Of a DNA stretch of 64,000 bases, positions 62,337 through 64,000 are shown piece by piece. The stretch is taken from positions 95,729 through 159,728 of the forward strand of contig JBBAPZ010000007.1 of the NCBI GenBank assembly GCA_040400605.1. Direction: 5' to 3'. This DNA is from Candidatus Sericytochromatia bacterium. GTDB lineage: Bacteria; Cyanobacteriota; Sericytochromatia; S15B-MN24; JAQBPE01. The position numbers and the translations under genes are program-made. Under the pieces are notes generated by a model. That model had not been told where the DNA came from and ran no database searches. It saw only the letters and a list, made by a program, of their open reading frames with translations. Positions within the stretch are counted from its first letter, which is position 1. Every line of letters starts with the position of its first letter.

Positions 62337-63691
62337 CCATGCATCCATACTTGCCGTTAACCGAGGCTGATCGCTCAGAGATGCTTTCTGCCGTTGGTTT
62401 CGAGAGCTTCGAAGCCATGGTGTCGCACATTCCGGCCGAACTGCGTTTAAAATCGCTGAATTTACCATCCGGCGTATCCGAACTTGAAGTTCAAATGCGG
62501 GTTCGTGAACTGGCCAATCGCAACGTGCCCTTGGGGCCGCAAAGTTTTCTCGGTGCGGGGGTTTACCAACGTTTCATCCCAGCTGCAGTGGATGCAATTG
62601 TTGGTCGCGCTGATTTTTACACCGCTTACACGCCATATCAACCGGAGGTAAGTCAGGGCACCTTGCAGGCGACTTACGAATATCAATCGTTTATCTGTGC
62701 ACTGACGGGCATGGATGTGTCGAATGCCAGTCTTTATGATGCGTCAACTGCCACACCCGAGGCCGCATTCATGGCGATGCGCCTGACCCAACGCCAGGAG
62801 GTTCTTGTCGCGCGGGGTGTTCATCCTGAGTATCTGGCGGTGCTCAAAACCTACGCGAGGGGACCTAAGCCCACCATTCGCGAGGTCGGTGATTGTGGCT
62901 CGATGTTGCAATTGGAGCAGGTGCGTGCCGCGTTGAGCGACAAGGTGGCGTGTCTCGTGGTGCAGCAACCTAATTTCTTTGGTCAGGTTGAGTCGTTGCA
63001 AGCGATCGCTGATGCGGTGCACGCGGTGGGCGCATTGCTTGTCGTCATGGTCGACCCCGTATCGCTGGGCGTGTTGGCACGTCCCGGTGATTACGGCACA
63101 GACATCGTGGTGGGTGATGGGCAGTCAATCGGCAATGCGCCGGCATTCGGCGGTCCTCATATCGGGTTTTTGGCCTGTCGCAGTCAATTCTTCCGGCAGT
63201 TGCCTGGTCGAATCGTCGGAATAACCCGTGATGCGGCTGGTGAGCGCGTTTACACACTGACGTTACAAACGCGGGAGCAGCACATCCGGCGTGAAAAAGC
63301 CACTTCCAACATCTGCACCAATCAAGCGCTGAATGCTTTGGCGGTAACGGTTTACCTCAGTTTGGCTGGTGATGCGGGACTGTCTGCGATCGCACGTTTG
63401 TCCGCCGAACGGGCGCACGACCTCGCCAAGCGTATTGAAGGGATTCCGGGATTCGGTCTGGCTTTTGATGGCCCGTTTCTGAACGAGTTCGTGGTGCGAT
63501 CGCCCATCCCGGTCGATCGTCTTCTCGCGAACTTGCGCGAGCAGTCTTATCTGGCAGGTGTGCCATTGGGACGTTGGTACCCTGAGTTGTCCGATTGCTT
63601 CATGGTTGCCGTCACCGAAATGAACACCCCTGAAGCCCTTGATGGACTGGTCTTCGCGTTGCGTCACGCGGTTTCTTTAACGCCTGCCTGA
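62333..63691 (+). CDS. gcvPA: Glycine dehydrogenase subunit 1
   Basis: TAYTPYQPEVSQG, TREQHIRREKATSNICTNQ; about 450 aa, split type. Confidence 0.96.
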   Translation: MTMHPYLPLTEADRSEMLSAVGFESFEAMVSHIPAELRLKSLNLPSGVSELEVQMRVRELANRNVPLGPQSFLGAGVYQRFIPAAVDAIVGRADFYTAYTPYQPEVSQGTLQATYEYQSFICALTGMDVSNASLYDASTATPEAAFMAMRLTQRQEVLVARGVHPEYLAVLKTYARGPKPTIREVGDCGSMLQLEQVRAALSDKVACLVVQQPNFFGQVESLQAIADAVHAVGALLVVMVDPVSLGVLARPGDYGTDIVVGDGQSIGNAPAFGGPHIGFLACRSQFFRQLPGRIVGITRDAAGERVYTLTLQTREQHIRREKATSNICTNQALNALAVTVYLSLAGDAGLSAIARLSAERAHDLAKRIEGIPGFGLAFDGPFLNEFVVRSPIPVDRLLANLREQSYLAGVPLGRWYPELSDCFMVAVTEMNTPEALDGLVFALRHAVSLTPA

Positions 63692-63707
63692 ATCTGCGTC
63701 TGAAGAC

Positions 63708-64000
63708 CTAGAGCAAACGGTGGGGGTCGATGTCAATCGTGACGCGAACCCCCTTTTTAAATTTGAGGTGCAACGCGGTTCGCAACTGATTCACAACCGC
63801 CTCGAGTGAGTCGGTCTTCAAAATCAGTTGTACCCGATGCAGGCCGTTCAGTTGGGCCAACGGCGCAGCATGGGGTCCATACAGATTGGTGTTGGGCATT
63901 GCCGAGAGGCGTTCAGTGATGGCGACAGCGCTGCCCAATGCCGCTTCAATCTCGGGCGCGCTGCACAGGATGTGAACCAATCGAACAAAGGGTGGAAAGC
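63708..64000 (-). CDS. priA: Primosomal protein N' C-terminus (partial, runs off the window)
   Basis: FPPF, GPHAAPL, R.QLILK, IDIDP C-terminal motif. Confidence 0.85.
   Translation of the reverse strand, partial: FPPFVRLVHILCSAPEIEAALGSAVAITERLSAMPNTNLYGPHAAPLAQLNGLHRVQLILKTDSLEAVVNQLRTALHLKFKKGVRVTIDIDPHRLL

Overview
Mostly core-chromosome window from a bacterium. Cyanobacterial-type GshA and BioY, a b/b' ATP synthase stalk and LIANNGGG-repeat lipoproteins, with no photosynthesis genes in view, suggest a non-photosynthetic relative of Cyanobacteria such as Ca. Sericytochromatia (inference). Contents: a nitrilase-family amidohydrolase, cvpA, bioY, a secD-secF-dual GT-C glycosyltransferase-Ser/Pro-rich NHL lipoprotein-TPR cluster, rpmG-secE-nusG-rplKAJL with L1 and L10 leaders, a complete atp operon, an orphan mglB, an S8 protease, rpiB-glyA-dCMP deaminase-wecA-wecB, SPOR-valS-clpX-tig, an aldehyde dehydrogenase, typA, a GDH-family protein, an M30-like peptidase, a cyclodeaminase-like gene with purU, gshA, htrA, gcvT-H-PA and the 3' end of priA. 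No CRISPR array, tRNA, rRNA or mobile element was seen. Best leads: (1) a candidate Sec-coupled protein O-glycosylation locus with a putative substrate next door; (2) a TTAA-N7-TTAA box recurring in at least five intergenic regions (candidate regulon); (3) a GDH homolog lacking both substrate-binding lysines; (4) an LIANNGGG octapeptide-repeat lipoprotein; (5) a 6S-like structured RNA candidate; (6) a degenerate FTCD_C-fold protein coupled to purU. All family assignments are from recognised motifs; no searches were run.
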